Notes under the pieces: model-generated
Seen by the model: the letters and a program-made list of their open reading frames with translations, nothing else
Databases searched by the model: none
What the model was told of the DNA's origin: nothing
Shown: positions 13,291-24,408 of the stretch, in pieces
Layout of the letters: every line of letters begins with the position of its first letter
How positions within the stretch are numbered: position 1 is the stretch's first letter
NCBI GenBank assembly: GCA_047495785.1
Contig: JBLDXI010000046.1
Span: forward strand, 1,240,001 to 1,304,000
Source of the DNA: Lepidodermella squamata
Taxonomy: Eukaryota; Animalia; Gastrotricha
Reading direction: 5' to 3'
Length of the DNA stretch: 64,000 nucleotides
Made by a program: the position numbers and the translations under genes

Positions 13291-13713
13291 CAAGTCAAGA
13301 TGAGGCTCAACGATCTTTCTGGAAAACTCCGGGTGGCGGTTCAGGCCATGTTCACAAGCCGGAAAATCATCGAAAATTTCGGAGCGAAGGAGATCAAGCC
13401 TGAACTCGTAAACCGCCAGTGCGTCGTATATCGTTTTTCATGTGGCCAGTGTGACGCTGGCTATGTCGGGATGACCACGCGGCACCTACATCAACGAGTC
13501 GAGGAACACAAGCTCGCTTCGAGTTCAATTGGCAAACATCTGGCCACACACAAACTGCCTGATAGCTTTGACATCAATGCTCACTTCAAAGTATTACGCA
13601 AGTGTCGCAACAGGTGGGACTGCTTGGTCCACGAAAGTCTACTCATCAAGCAGACAAAGATTGCTGTGAGCCTGAACGTGCAGTCCGACTCAATAAAATT
13701 AAAGCTATTTTGA
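13291..13713 (+). pseudogene. PLE GIY-YIG endonuclease fragment, tandem copy 1
   Basis: Same peptide as the inverted copy. Confidence 0.85.
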
Positions 13714-13802
13714 CAGTTTCTAGTTTCTATTTTCATCCTGATACCTTGTTGTGCTTTTGTCTTTTACTGTAATAATTTCTTGTTGTGTTTTCTTTTGTTG
13801 TA

Positions 13803-13838
13803 GCCTGATGATGGTCCACGCAAGGACCGAAACGTCGC
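13803..13838 (+). ncRNA. Minimal type I hammerhead ribozyme in PLE pseudo-LTR
   Basis: CTGATGA at 13805-13811, stem II ggtcc/ggacc, GAAA at 13829-13832, palindromic acgt stem III, GUC cleavage triplet at 13834-13836. Confidence 0.82.
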
Positions 13839-14595
13839 ACGTTATAAATAAAGTTGTAATCAGAAGCAACTTGGTGTCGCTCTCTTTTTTGGTTAATCTG
13901 TACCCGACTCGGGTTTTCATTTCCTCACTAATATTTAAGGCCTTGAATTCCAACGATCAATGTTCGATTCATTCACAATAAAGTATAGAGTAGTCCCTGG
14001 CCAAGTCTTGATGTTTCCTTGGCAGTTTTATTTTTGCTCCCAAACATGTTACAGGTTTTTAGGTATCTATCATATAGATACTATGTAGTTACACTATATG
14101 GCCATAAAGAAACGCACACCAGTCGAAAAGGGCGTAAATTGCTATTTTCAACTTTATTTTCAGGCGGATGTCATTAGATGTTTCCGAATCGTGTTCTTAA
14201 ATTAGTACCTGAGGTGTAAACCCATTTTCAACACTTCATGAACCCCTTAGACGTGACTAGTAGCCTCAATTTGAGTCAATTTAGGGTCACAAAATGGGCC
14301 ATTTTTGACGATTTTCACGACTTCTGAGCATGCTAGAGAGCAGCTCAAGCTTTTAAAAGCACCAGAAACAGCTCCAAACTAGTGAAAATACTACCAGTTC
14401 TCATTTTTGGGACCGATATCCGAAAATTTCGGGCTCTGCTCCGCGCTGAATGGGCAGAATCTCATCAGAACTGCGTGAAGCCACAGTGGCTGTCATCAGG
14501 GTGATGTAGGCATTTCTCGTTAGAAGATCAAATTCTGATGCTCTGATGTTTTAAAGTTGGTATTACACTTTCTACTCCTTTAGTGGAGAGCACTT

Positions 14596-15063
14596 TTGCA
14601 CTTTTGCACTTTTCCCTACAAAGACGGGAAAAGTGCTCGACAAGTCAAGATGAGGCTCAACGATCTTTCTGGAAAACTCCGGGTGGCGGTTCAGGCCATG
14701 TTCACAAGCCGGAAAATCATCGAAAATTTCGGAGCGAAGGAGATCAAGCCTGAACTCGTAAACCGCCAGTGCGTCGTATATCGTTTTTCATGTGGCCAGT
14801 GTGACGCTGGCTATGTCGGGATGACCACGCGGCACCTACATCAACGAGTCGAGGAACACAAGCTCGCTTCGAGTTCAATTGGCAAACATCTGGCCACACA
14901 CAAACTGCCTGATAGCTTTGACATCAATGCTCACTTCAAAGTATTACGCAAGTGTCGCAACAGGTGGGACTGCTTGGTCCACGAAAGTCTACTCATCAAG
15001 CAGACAAAGATTGCTGTGAGCCTGAACGTGCAGTCCGACTCAATAAAATTAAAGCTATTTTGA
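14596..15063 (+). pseudogene. PLE GIY-YIG endonuclease fragment, tandem copy 2
   Basis: Same peptide, offset +1350. Confidence 0.85.
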
Positions 15064-15152
15064 CAGTTTCTAGTTTCTATTTTCATCCTGATACCTTGTT
15101 GTGCTTTTGTCTTTTACTGTAATAATTTCTTGTTGTGTTTTCTTTTGTTGTA

Positions 15153-15188
15153 GCCTGATGATGGTCCACGCAAGGACCGAAACGTCGC
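15153..15188 (+). ncRNA. Minimal hammerhead ribozyme (tandem copy 2)
   Basis: Identical to 13803-13838. Confidence 0.82.
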
Positions 15189-15945
15189 ACGTTATAAATA
15201 AAGTTGCAATCAGAAGCAACTTGGTGTCGCTCTCTTTTTTGGTTAATCTGTACCCGACTCGGGTTTTCATTTCCTCACTAATATTTAAGGCCTTGAATTC
15301 CAACGATCAATGTTCGATTCATTCACAATAAAGTATAGAGTAGTCCCTGGCCAAGTCTTGATGTTTCCTTGGCAGTTTTATTTTTGCTCCCAAACATGTT
15401 ACAGGTTTTTAGGTATCTATCATATAGATACTATGTAGTTACACTATATGGCCATAAAGAAACGCACACCAGTCGAAAAGGGCGTAAATTGCTATTTTCA
15501 ACTTTATTTTCAGGCGGATGTCATTAGATGTTTCCGAATCGTGTTCTTAAATTAGTACCTGAGGTGTAAACCCATTTTCAACACTTCATGAACCCCTTAG
15601 ACGTGACTAGTAGCCTCAATTTGAGTCAATTTAGGGTCACAAAATGGGCCATTTTTGACGATTTTCACGACTTCTGAGCATGCTAGAGAGCAGCTCAAGC
15701 TTTTAAAAGCACCAGAAACAGCTCCAAACTAGTGAAAATACTACCAGTTCTCATTTTTGGGACCGATATCCGAAAATTTCGGGCTCTGCTCCGCGCTGAA
15801 TGGGCAGAATCTCATCAGAACTGCGTGAAGCCACAGTGGCTGTCATCAGGGTGATGTAGGCATTTCTCGTTAGAAGATCAAATTCTGATGCTCTGATGTT
15901 TTAAAGTTGGTATTACACTTTCTACTCCTTTAGTGGAGAGCACTT

Positions 15946-16413
15946 TTGCACTTTTGCACTTTTCCCTACAAAGACGGGAAAAGTGCTCGACAAGTCAAGA
16001 TGAGGCTCAACGATCTTTCTGGAAAACTCCGGGTGGCGGTTCAGGCCATGTTCACAAGCCGGAAAATCATCGAAAATTTCGGAGCGAAGGAGATCAAGCC
16101 TGAACTCGTAAACCGCCAGTGCGTCGTATATCGTTTTTCATGTGGCCAGTGTGACGCTGGCTATGTCGGGATGACCACGCGGCACCTACATCAACGAGTC
16201 GAGGAACACAAGCTCGCTTCGAGTTCAATTGGCAAACATCTGGCCACACACAAACTGCCTGATAGCTTTGACATCAATGCTCACTTCAAAGTATTACGCA
16301 AGTGTCGCAACAGGTGGGACTGCTTGGTCCACGAAAGTCTACTCATCAAGCAGACAAAGATTGCTGTGAGCCTGAACGTGCAGTCCGACTCAATAAAATT
16401 AAAGCTATTTTGA
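15946..16413 (+). pseudogene. PLE GIY-YIG endonuclease fragment, tandem copy 3
   Basis: Same peptide, offset +2700. Confidence 0.85.
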
Positions 16414-16502
16414 CAGTTTCTAGTTTCTATTTTCATCCTGATACCTTGTTGTGCTTTTGTCTTTTACTGTAATAATTTCTTGTTGTGTTTTCTTTTGTTG
16501 TA

Positions 16503-16538
16503 GCCTGATGATGGTCCACGCAAGGACCGAAACGTCGC
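16503..16538 (+). ncRNA. Minimal hammerhead ribozyme (tandem copy 3)
   Basis: Identical to 13803-13838. Confidence 0.82.
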
Positions 16539-16719
16539 ACGTTATAAATAAAGTTGCAATCAGAAGCAACTTGGTGTCGCTCTCTTTTTTGCTTAAATAT
16601 TAGCGATACAAATCTAAGTCGAACACGCGATCACTTCCTAATTAGCTATCACATAAGAATCACAATATTGTTCTTAGTCATTGCGTAGATGCCAGCCGCC
16701 AACCGGCACATCGTTACAA

Positions 16720-16720
<1 letters not shown>

Positions 16721-16764
<44 letters not shown>
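16721..16764. repeat. (AACT)11 microsatellite
   Basis: Perfect tetranucleotide run. Confidence 0.95.
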
Positions 16765-17107
16765 TTGTAGGCTTCGCTGAGTGAGTGAAAAAGCCACATG
16801 GGCAGTGAAGCCTGGGCCCTGGAGAAACAGTCAGCAATAACTGGAGTACCAGGGGTAGGGATTTCATTAAGTAGTTAGTAAACCAGTTCAAACTTCCCAG
16901 AGCGTAAACTCGCGATTTTCTCACAATCTCCGCCTTATGGCGAAAGCTTGACTCCGTCAGGGCGAGGATAAATCGTAATTCCTGATCTTGATCCTGATCC
17001 GAATTTAACCTATCTGAAGGGCCGGTTCCATTTTAAATTTTGCAAATTAGATTACATTTTGAAGAACTATTACATTGAGGAACTATTACATTTTGAAGAA
17101 CAGACTA

Positions 17108-18042
17108 CCGTCATTTGGGGTAATCTGGGTCATTGGGGCTATTCGGACGAATGTTCATGCAAACAGGAGAATGAGCATGGCTCAAAAACTACCCGGCCGT
17201 TAGCCATAAAATTTTGCAAGGAGTTGGGTGAAAAGACGACTCACATATCGTAAAAATTTCATGACCTGAGAGTAAGTGGTTAGGAAGATACTTTTTCACC
17301 TTTCAGGTCGAAGTGTAACTCAGTTTAACCACTGTTCTGCGTTCAATTACCTGGACCCGAAAATAATTTTGCTGGACCTGCGCCAAATTTGTCCTGAATC
17401 TACAGACGCTAGGGCACCCATGAAAATTGAAAACGCCCCGATCCGACTCGTACTTATGTCTAATTAATTGCGTCCGAATAGCCCCATCAAAAAGCGAATT
17501 TGAGGAGCTATTCGGTCCATCATGTGAATATGCTAATTAACATCATTGTGCAAAAGTTCCTCGCTGCTTAAAGCGGACTTTAACTTGTTTAGCTAACTAA
17601 TTCTTTGAATATGCTGGTAAGGTTACGAAAGACTAATATACCGATGCCATACGAAATGCCAATTAATTAATTACGGCTATAATTGAAAAATAATTCAACT
17701 GAAAATCCGTTCTTTATATTGCATAAATCGTTGTGCATAAAAATAATTCTAATTGGGGAAAAAAATTGCTCCGCGGCGTGGGCTCGAACCCTCCTTTCGT
17801 AGTTAGCTATGCTTTCTAAAAGCACATCCAAAGCCACTCGACCACTGAACACAACATATCAGTAATAATTGAATTGAATATTTATGTATCATTAATAGCC
17901 CCACACCAGTCCGAATAGCTCCATCCGTAGGGCTATTCGGAATCCTGGTGCCATCGGAATCAGGACCTTCTGAAACGTGTTAAAATGCAAAAAAAATCAG
18001 GGGGTAATTTTTTTTCGCCGTCCGGATAGCCCCAACTGACGG
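17108..18042. mobile_element. Non-autonomous DNA transposon (TA target, Tc1/mariner-pogo-like ends)
   Basis: ta|ccgtcatttgggg ... ccccaactgacgg|ta; internal gggctattcgg/ccgaatagccc motifs. A second copy starts at 22961, and a related right end lies at ~36970-37074. Confidence 0.8.
17768..17852 (-). pseudogene. tRNA-derived sequence (pseudo-tRNA/SINE head) inside the DNA transposon
   Basis: Reverse strand has A-box-like agtggtcgagtgg and B-box ggttcgagccc, but the acceptor stem pairs poorly. Confidence 0.5.
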
Positions 18043-18104
18043 TAGCAAAAATAAAATAGCAAAAAAATAGCAAAATCACATTGCCGGTGGCTGTGTCTTT
18101 TTTC

Positions 18105-19325
18105 ATACAACCCATATATTTTCCGTACAACCAAAAAATCTCCCGGACATACAACCAGTTTAATTTAATTTGTCAAATCTTCCAATCGTACAACTTTTAT
18201 TTAATGTTTTATTGATTCAATGTCACATCAAAAGTCTCTCATTCGTACAACCACCCAGCTAAGCTGCCATTTCCCTGCTACGACCCCGCCGCTTTTTTTC
18301 GGATGCTACGGCCGCGATTATCACGGTTGTGACTATGCCAGCCTTGCGACCGTGTTTCTTAGGATGGATGACGACTGACTAAAGGCTAGTAAATGACTAG
18401 TCGTATCAGGCATTGTCTGATGAAACTTCTAACAAGCCAGCCCATAATACCAGTCATTATTCAAGTAAAATGGTATTCGGATTTTCTCAAAACCCGTAAG
18501 GGTATAAGAGCGGAAAAGAGACATAAAACATTCGTTTTTTATATTCAAGAGATCGATAAGCGAAAGCGAGTGGATCCGTCTTATACTTAATAACGAGCGC
18601 CAGAGGTGGCACGTAAGCCACCTCTTTTCGCGCGGAGCGCCACCAGTTGTACGAGTAAAAGACATCTTTTCACTAAAAGTTGTTCGTGTTGAAGATGTTC
18701 ACGCGCGGGTTCCAAAGCTAACACCGGGCGGACATGAGACCCATTTTGCTGCCATTTGATCCTTCGAACGCACTTCGGTAAGACCCATAGACAATAATAC
18801 GCTTCTATGGTAAGACCTATGTGGGCTTCTTGTAGAGCGGGGTACAAAAACTTTGACTTCTTCCGCCTTGATTTTGGTGCTATTTTAGATCTACTAAGCG
18901 GCGCCGGTCTATATAGGTTGGTATCGTTAGGTTGGTTCGCGTTTTTTTCGAAAATTGTAAAATACTGGTAGGTACACAGGGCTTGATCATCCATTAGGCA
19001 AGTTAGGCAATTGCCTAGGGGCCCGATGAAAATATTGGCAACTCAGATGAAAAACTACAGGGGACCCTAACACCAAATAGGCCCGTAAGGGCCCGATGGG
19101 AAAGATGGCAAAATTTCCGCCTTGGGATCCATGGTCAATTTTAGCAGTCATGATCGGGCACTGGTTGTACACATGGGAGATATTACGTTGGACGAATAAA
19201 GACAAATTGTATGATTATAATTAAAAGTTGTACGGTCGAAAGATATTACACTAATAAATATTAGGTTGTACAAACCGTAGATTTTTAGTTGTACGACATG
19301 AAGATTTTGGTTGTACAGTTAGAGA
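18105..19325. mobile_element. Degenerate TIR element with subterminal (c)gtacaac / gttgtac(g) repeats
   Basis: Clustered tacaac motifs at 18105-18252 mirrored by gttgta motifs at 19160-19320. Confidence 0.55.
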
Positions 19326-19493
19326 TTTCCTCTTGCCGGTTGCATATATATGCCTACGTCGTGTTTACTCTCATTGTTACAGGCTGTCGAATCTTCGTAT
19401 ATTTATTATTCTTTATCTGTTGCAAAATAAAATCACAGTATTCTGTGCGATATTTATTTTTATAACATAAATTCACCCATGGACTGCATTATA

Positions 19494-20086
19494 CTTCCGT
19501 TTTGCAGGTCGAAGGCCACACGTGCCCACGTGATCAAAGCGTGTGATCCAAATACTAAACTTTAAAGTTTTTGGTAGTGTTGTAGTTTCGTCACTTCGTC
19601 ATTTCGTCATTTCGTCACTTAGAAAAACTTCCTAAAGGCTGAAAAAAGTGAGGACAAGTAATAAAAGTTATGTGAGCTGGAGTCGAAATATCAACCTCTG
19701 GTTCCGAGTACTAGTGCTGGGACCACTAAGCAAGTAAGTTCTTGAGACTAATACTCTAATAGTGTATTTGTCTCAAGAGCAAGTTGTCTTGAAATCGTGT
19801 GCGTCTATTTTGTTGAAGTATATGCTTTAAGCGTGACTTATATCAATTGATTCTAACACGGGTTCCATGTGTCTCCTGTGTGGTTTAGTGGTTCAAGCTA
19901 CTGCTCAGGATACCAGAGGATAATAGTTCGACTCCAGCTCACAACATTTTTTTAATATTTTTCTTCAAAGTAACGAAATGACGAAATGACGAAACTACCA
20001 CACTAGCAATAACTTAACATTTTAGTGTTTTGATCACACGCTTTGATCACGTGTGCACGTGTGACCTTCGACCTGCAAAACGGAAG
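19494..20086. mobile_element. MITE with TA target duplication and tRNA-like internal inverted arms
   Basis: ta|cttccgttttgcaggtcgaagg ... ccttcgacctgcaaaacggaag|ta; inner arms at 19671-19730 and 19878-19942. Confidence 0.85.
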
Positions 20087-20091
20087 TAAGC

Positions 20092-20136
20092 CAAGTAGTA
20101 AAAATGTCAATAGCCTATTGACATTTTTACTACTTG
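20092..20136. repeat. Perfect 22-bp-arm hairpin just 3' of deaminase gene B
   Basis: caagtagtaaaaatgtcaatag-c-ctattgacatttttactacttg. Confidence 0.9.
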
Positions 20137-20163
20137 CTTTTACTAAAGAAAATCAGCCATCAA

Positions 20164-21297
20164 TCAAGCTCGACGGGACCGTTTTAAGCTTTTCTTCTTA
20201 GGGCAATCGATGTACTTGTGCTCGTAAGAGCTGCAGTTATGGCAGCGTTGGTCCCCTTTTAAATTTAAATAATCTCGAACGCGTTTAATAAAGTCAGTAT
20301 TCAAGTAACTTGCAACTTCATACCGATGGCGTTTAGCCGACATGGAATGCCGGGAAGCCCAGTCATTAATATATTCCAACGCATTTTCGGATTCTGCACG
20401 TGCGTGAGAAGGTTCAGTGAAGCCTTGAAGTACAACGATTTTCTTAATCCCAGCTTGAATTATATTTTTGCCGCAGGAGTACTTGATTTTTGTCGTCTCT
20501 TCAGCGATGAGCTCTGCCTTCTTCTGTCGACTTCTTTCCGACTTCTCAATTTTAGCGATTTTTGCATAACTTGCGGCGTCGCATGGCATTCTTGTCACGT
20601 AGAGTGAGCAGTCCTCCAAATTAAGTGTTTTCCTAAATAGCAGAGCATTTATTTCGGCGTGGCAGTTCCGTGTCTTCGGCATCGGGTTAGTATTTATTCC
20701 AGCAGCATTGCCATTCCAACCGATGGAGACTATTCGGCAAGCGTCATCGGCAATTACGCATCCAACTTGATCCCACTCATAATTGCTGTGTTTGGCAGCG
20801 AGCAGAGCAACCATCATGAAGAATTCATCCCATGATATCCGCTTTCGAATATCGTTATTGAAATAAGACTTCTGGAATGCATCAGCCAAATTTGACATAA
20901 GTTTAAAGCTGGAACATTCTTCTTTGGGGTTTTCAAAACTAATATTACCGATTTGATGATCTATTTTCACTGATCTTGTATACATCGAAACCTTAGGCTT
21001 GTAAGTTTTTTTATCTATCGTAAGTTGAATGCCGAAAATGGTAGCTTGCTCCGGGAGGATCGCCACTGTTCTAAAATGAAATGCATTCATTTCGGCGTCG
21101 ACTGTCTTGTTACTTTTCATTGTCGGTACAGTGTTAGTTGTATCACCCGTGTAGCCGATTCCAATTATCGGGTCCCTCAGTTTGACGACCAAACAAGCTC
21201 CTTCTTTGCGATCGCCTTTGCAGCGCATTGCAGCAGCAAGAGCGACAGAGTAATAATATTCACGCCATTCTTCATCCTGATGTGAGTGCCCAGACAT
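20164..21297 (-). CDS. Deaminase gene B, copy 1: tandem dCMP/cytidine deaminase domains (N-terminal degenerate, C-terminal HAE...PC-x35-C) + CCHC zinc knuckle; CDADC1-like architecture
   Basis: 377 aa, intronless. Domain 1: WREYYYSVALAAAMR, GACLV, IIGIGY, DAEMNA. Domain 2: SWDEFFM, QVGCVI, IVSIGWNG, CHAEINALLFR, LYVTRMPC, CGKNIIQAGIKKI. Knuckle CHNCSSYEHKYIDC followed by a basic tail. Confidence 0.9.
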   Translation of the reverse strand: MSGHSHQDEEWREYYYSVALAAAMRCKGDRKEGACLVVKLRDPIIGIGYTGDTTNTVPTMKSNKTVDAEMNAFHFRTVAILPEQATIFGIQLTIDKKTYKPKVSMYTRSVKIDHQIGNISFENPKEECSSFKLMSNLADAFQKSYFNNDIRKRISWDEFFMMVALLAAKHSNYEWDQVGCVIADDACRIVSIGWNGNAAGINTNPMPKTRNCHAEINALLFRKTLNLEDCSLYVTRMPCDAASYAKIAKIEKSERSRQKKAELIAEETTKIKYSCGKNIIQAGIKKIVVLQGFTEPSHARAESENALEYINDWASRHSMSAKRHRYEVASYLNTDFIKRVRDYLNLKGDQRCHNCSSYEHKYIDCPKKKSLKRSRRA

Positions 21298-23191
21298 GAT
21301 TTTATACTAAAATATGCTACCTTAATTACAGAAAACTTGAAAATTGGTTTTATTGATGGAATTGATGACATTATGAGTTAGTAAAGTACTTTATAGATTC
21401 TGGGGTCACATACTAGCAAATAATAATAGCACGGCCTAATGCGAAGAGAGCAGGTCTAAAACTGTGTTGAAGAATTGTGTTTCACGTTGTATGTTGCGCA
21501 AGAGTCACATGCTGATTGGTAGTTAGCCGAAACCAAAACTCAGCCGAAGGTAGGGCACTTCCGCACAGGTTGTTCTGCACAGTAATTAATAAATCATATC
21601 ATTAGTGTGTAATTTATTGTTTAATTGCGCACTAAGCGAGACTGGAAATAAGTTCCGCACAAGACTATTCCGCACACAAAAACTTCCGCTCATAGAGATT
21701 AGCCCGAAGTGAATCGACGTCCAGGCACTTGAGACAAAAATAGGGATAAACTGAATAAATGAATTGATGCTAAACGTGGCTAACAATCCAGATAGACCGC
21801 CCGCGGGAAATCAGATCCGCACAATTGAAGTTGTTGAAATCGTAACCAGAATAGCAGTCTATCTTATTCTAGTCATCTATTTAACCATGTCGCGCTCATT
21901 GAGATCCAACAAACAGATTAAATATTTTGACGCTCTACCCCCAAGAACACGTCGAGCAAAACAGAAGGCTGATGTGGCAGTGCTAGCAGTCGCAGATGTA
22001 CCACCACCACCGTTTGAGTTCGCGGACTTACCACCGCCTGTGCTCGTTGATTTGAACGTCGTGTGCTGGACATTCCGGGCATTGCCAAAGAAGAACTGTT
22101 CCCACTCCACCTGCCCCCGCGGCAGTTGCAGTCGAAGCTCCTGGTATTGTTGCAGAGAATAATGCTGTCTTGATTCAGCTCGAAAATCAGTCGCCGATGG
22201 CCGAGGGTGACGACGAGCGTCTCTCGCATCGCCTCCACCATGGCCACCACAAAACCGAAAGAAGAGCCTAAACCTTTTCTGCCCCAACCGCCGCCGCTGG
22301 AGCCGCAGGAACAACCTCAGCAGCCAGTGATACCTCAGCCGCCAGCCCAACAATGGCTACCTCCAGTTCAACCACAGGTGAAACTTCAAGAACAACAGCC
22401 TCAACAGCACGCGCTTATGATGATGATGATGATGCAGTTTTTTGCACAGGTGAAATTTAAAATTAAATTAAAAAATTCTGCTAACTTTATACGAACGACG
22501 AATCCACCTCAAATTTTCATTATTTTTTGAATATTTTTCGAATATTTACCGACAATGTTGACAAACGCACATCCTTAATTTGAGACTAAAACGGTAGATT
22601 TCCCCAAACTCTCTTTTGTTTCGCCCAAAATATTTGAAACAAAAGAAAAAAATTCGTTATTTGAAACAAATTATTAAAAAGAATTCGAAAAATTGAAATG
22701 GAAGCAAAATTTTCTCTGAATGATGACGTCGAAGAGCAATAAAAATATAATTAAAAAAATAATAAAATGAAATGTTTAATAATAAAAATAATTTAATTTA
22801 ATTTGAAAAGGCATTTCCTCAGCAGCAACTGCAGATGGCGCCTCAGGAACCGCTTCAACCTCAACTTCAACCACAGGCTCCTCAACCGCAGGCACCCATC
22901 CCGCCGCCGGAACCCATCCCATCGCCGGAACCCGAAGGAGAAAAGGGTTCTTTGCCACCACCGTCATTTGGGGTAATCTGGGTCATTGGGGCTATTCGGA
23001 CGAATGTTCATGCAAACAGGAGAATGAGCATGGCTCAAAAACAATCCGGCCGTTAGCAATAAAATTTTGCACGGAGTTGGGTGGAAAGACGACCCACATA
23101 CCGAAAAAATTTCATGACCTGAGAGTAAGTGGTTAGGAAGATACGGGTTCACCTTTCAGGTGTAAGTTTAACTCAGTTTAACTACTGTTCT

Positions 23192-24031
23192 TACTTGATA
23201 TAAACACCCATGTAGGGTATAATTTGAAGAGAAAGCGCATTGGCAGAGAACTCTTTTTCACTTTATTTGAACGTGACGTTTCGGCTCCCTCGCGAGCCAT
23301 CATCAGACTAGAAAGCAAAACAAGATAAAGAACCAGGTAAAGGGTTCTCGATCGAATAGTCGCGTCCGGCATTCAGACAGACAGGTCGAAGTCCGAGCCA
23401 GTGCGATTCATCGTACCCTTCAAGGACGAGAAGTGCGCTCGCCAACTCAAGTCCAGATTGAAAGAGCTCGCCGGGAAGCTGCTTGTACCAATCCAGGCTG
23501 TTTTCACCAGCCGGAAGATCGCGGAAAATTTTGGGGCCAAAGAACCGAAGCCAGACCTGGTCAACCGCCAGTGCGTCGTCTACCAGTTCAAATGTGGCCA
23601 GTGTGACGCTGGCTATATCGGAATGACGGAGAAGCACCTTCACCAGCGCGTTGAACAACATTGGCTACAGTCCAGCTCGATAGGGAAACATTTGCGCTCG
23701 CATGAATTGCCTGATGGCTTCAACCTGCACGCGTGTTTCACGGTGTTACGCAAATGCAGAAGCAGATGGGACTGCTTATTGCACGAAAGCTTGTTGATAA
23801 AGAAGATCAAACTAGCAATGAGCCTAAACGTGCAATCAGATTCTATCAAATTGAAGCTATTTTAGTGCTATTCATAATTTTTTGTTGTGGACTTTCTTTG
23901 TTGTGATTTCCCCCTTTACCTGGTTCTTTATCTTGTTTTGCTTTCTAGTCTGATGATGGCTCGCGAGGGAGCCGAAACGTCACGTTCAAATAAAGTGAAA
24001 AAGAGTTCTCTGCCAATGCGCTTTCTCTTCA
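23192..24031 (+). mobile_element. Second-family Penelope-like element: inverted pseudo-LTR, GIY-YIG fragment (23401-23865), pseudo-LTR
   Basis: CVVYQFKCGQCDAGYIG motif; 12-bp target duplication aactactgttct at 23180-23191 and 24032-24043; inverted pseudo-LTRs. Confidence 0.9.
23948..23983 (+). ncRNA. Minimal hammerhead ribozyme (inverted copy at ~23274-23309, minus strand)
   Basis: gtCTGATGAtggctcgcgagggagccGAAAcGTCac; stem II ggctc/gagcc covaries with the family-1 ggtcc/ggacc. Confidence 0.82.
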
Positions 24032-24408
24032 AACTACTGTTCTGCGTTGAATTACCTGGACCCGAAGATAATTTTGCTGGACCTGCGCCCAATTTTTCCT
24101 GAATCTACAGACGCTAGGGCACTCATGAAAATTGAAAACGCCCCGATCCGACTAATACTTTTGTCTAATTAATTGCGTCCGAATAGCCCCATCAAAAAGC
24201 GAATTTGAGGGGCTATTCGGTCTATCCTTGGAATATGCTAATTAAAAGCGTTGTGCAAAAGTTCCTTGCTGCTTAAAGCGCACTTGAACTTCATTAGCTA
24301 ACTAATTCTTTGAATATGCTGGTAAGGTTACAAAAGACTAATATAACGAGCCATACGACAATTATAATTAATTACGGCTGTAATTGAAAAAATATAATAC
24401 GGCTATAA

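Larger units (their letters stand above)
11922..16590. mobile_element. Penelope-like element (PLE) array: one inverted copy plus 1350-bp tandem copies (two full, one partial), each with a GIY-YIG 3' end and pseudo-LTR; the full copies also carry captured flank
   Basis: Identical GIY-YIG ORF ends at 12802(-), 13713, 15063 and 16413 (period 1350). 11922-~13245 is mirrored at ~13270-14593. Each pseudo-LTR has a hammerhead motif. Confidence 0.92.
22961..24400. mobile_element. Second, truncated copy of the 17108-18042 DNA transposon, nested in the MULE
   Basis: ccgtcatttggggtaatctgggtcattggggctattcggacgaatg onward is colinear with 17108-17695, apart from the PLE insertion. Confidence 0.85.

Noticed and set aside
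12534-15331. Repeated 76-77-aa ORFs (MEFKALN..., MLLSFTV...)
   Set aside because: Incidental frames across the PLE pseudo-LTR; their identity reflects DNA duplication.
13222-16590. CRISPR-like or satellite interpretation of the 1350-bp repeats
   Set aside because: There is no repeat-spacer structure; the units are Penelope-derived.
7990-16590. Deaminase hypermutation footprint in nearby retroelements
   Set aside because: Only isolated changes are visible (one T/C difference among PLE copies, scattered stops). Without a consensus, no bias can be claimed.
16721-16764. Telomeric repeat
   Set aside because: (TTAG)n lacks the GG/GGC of known animal telomere repeats; treated as a microsatellite.
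17768-17852. Functional tRNA gene
   Set aside because: Poor acceptor stem pairing, and it lies within a repeated DNA transposon.
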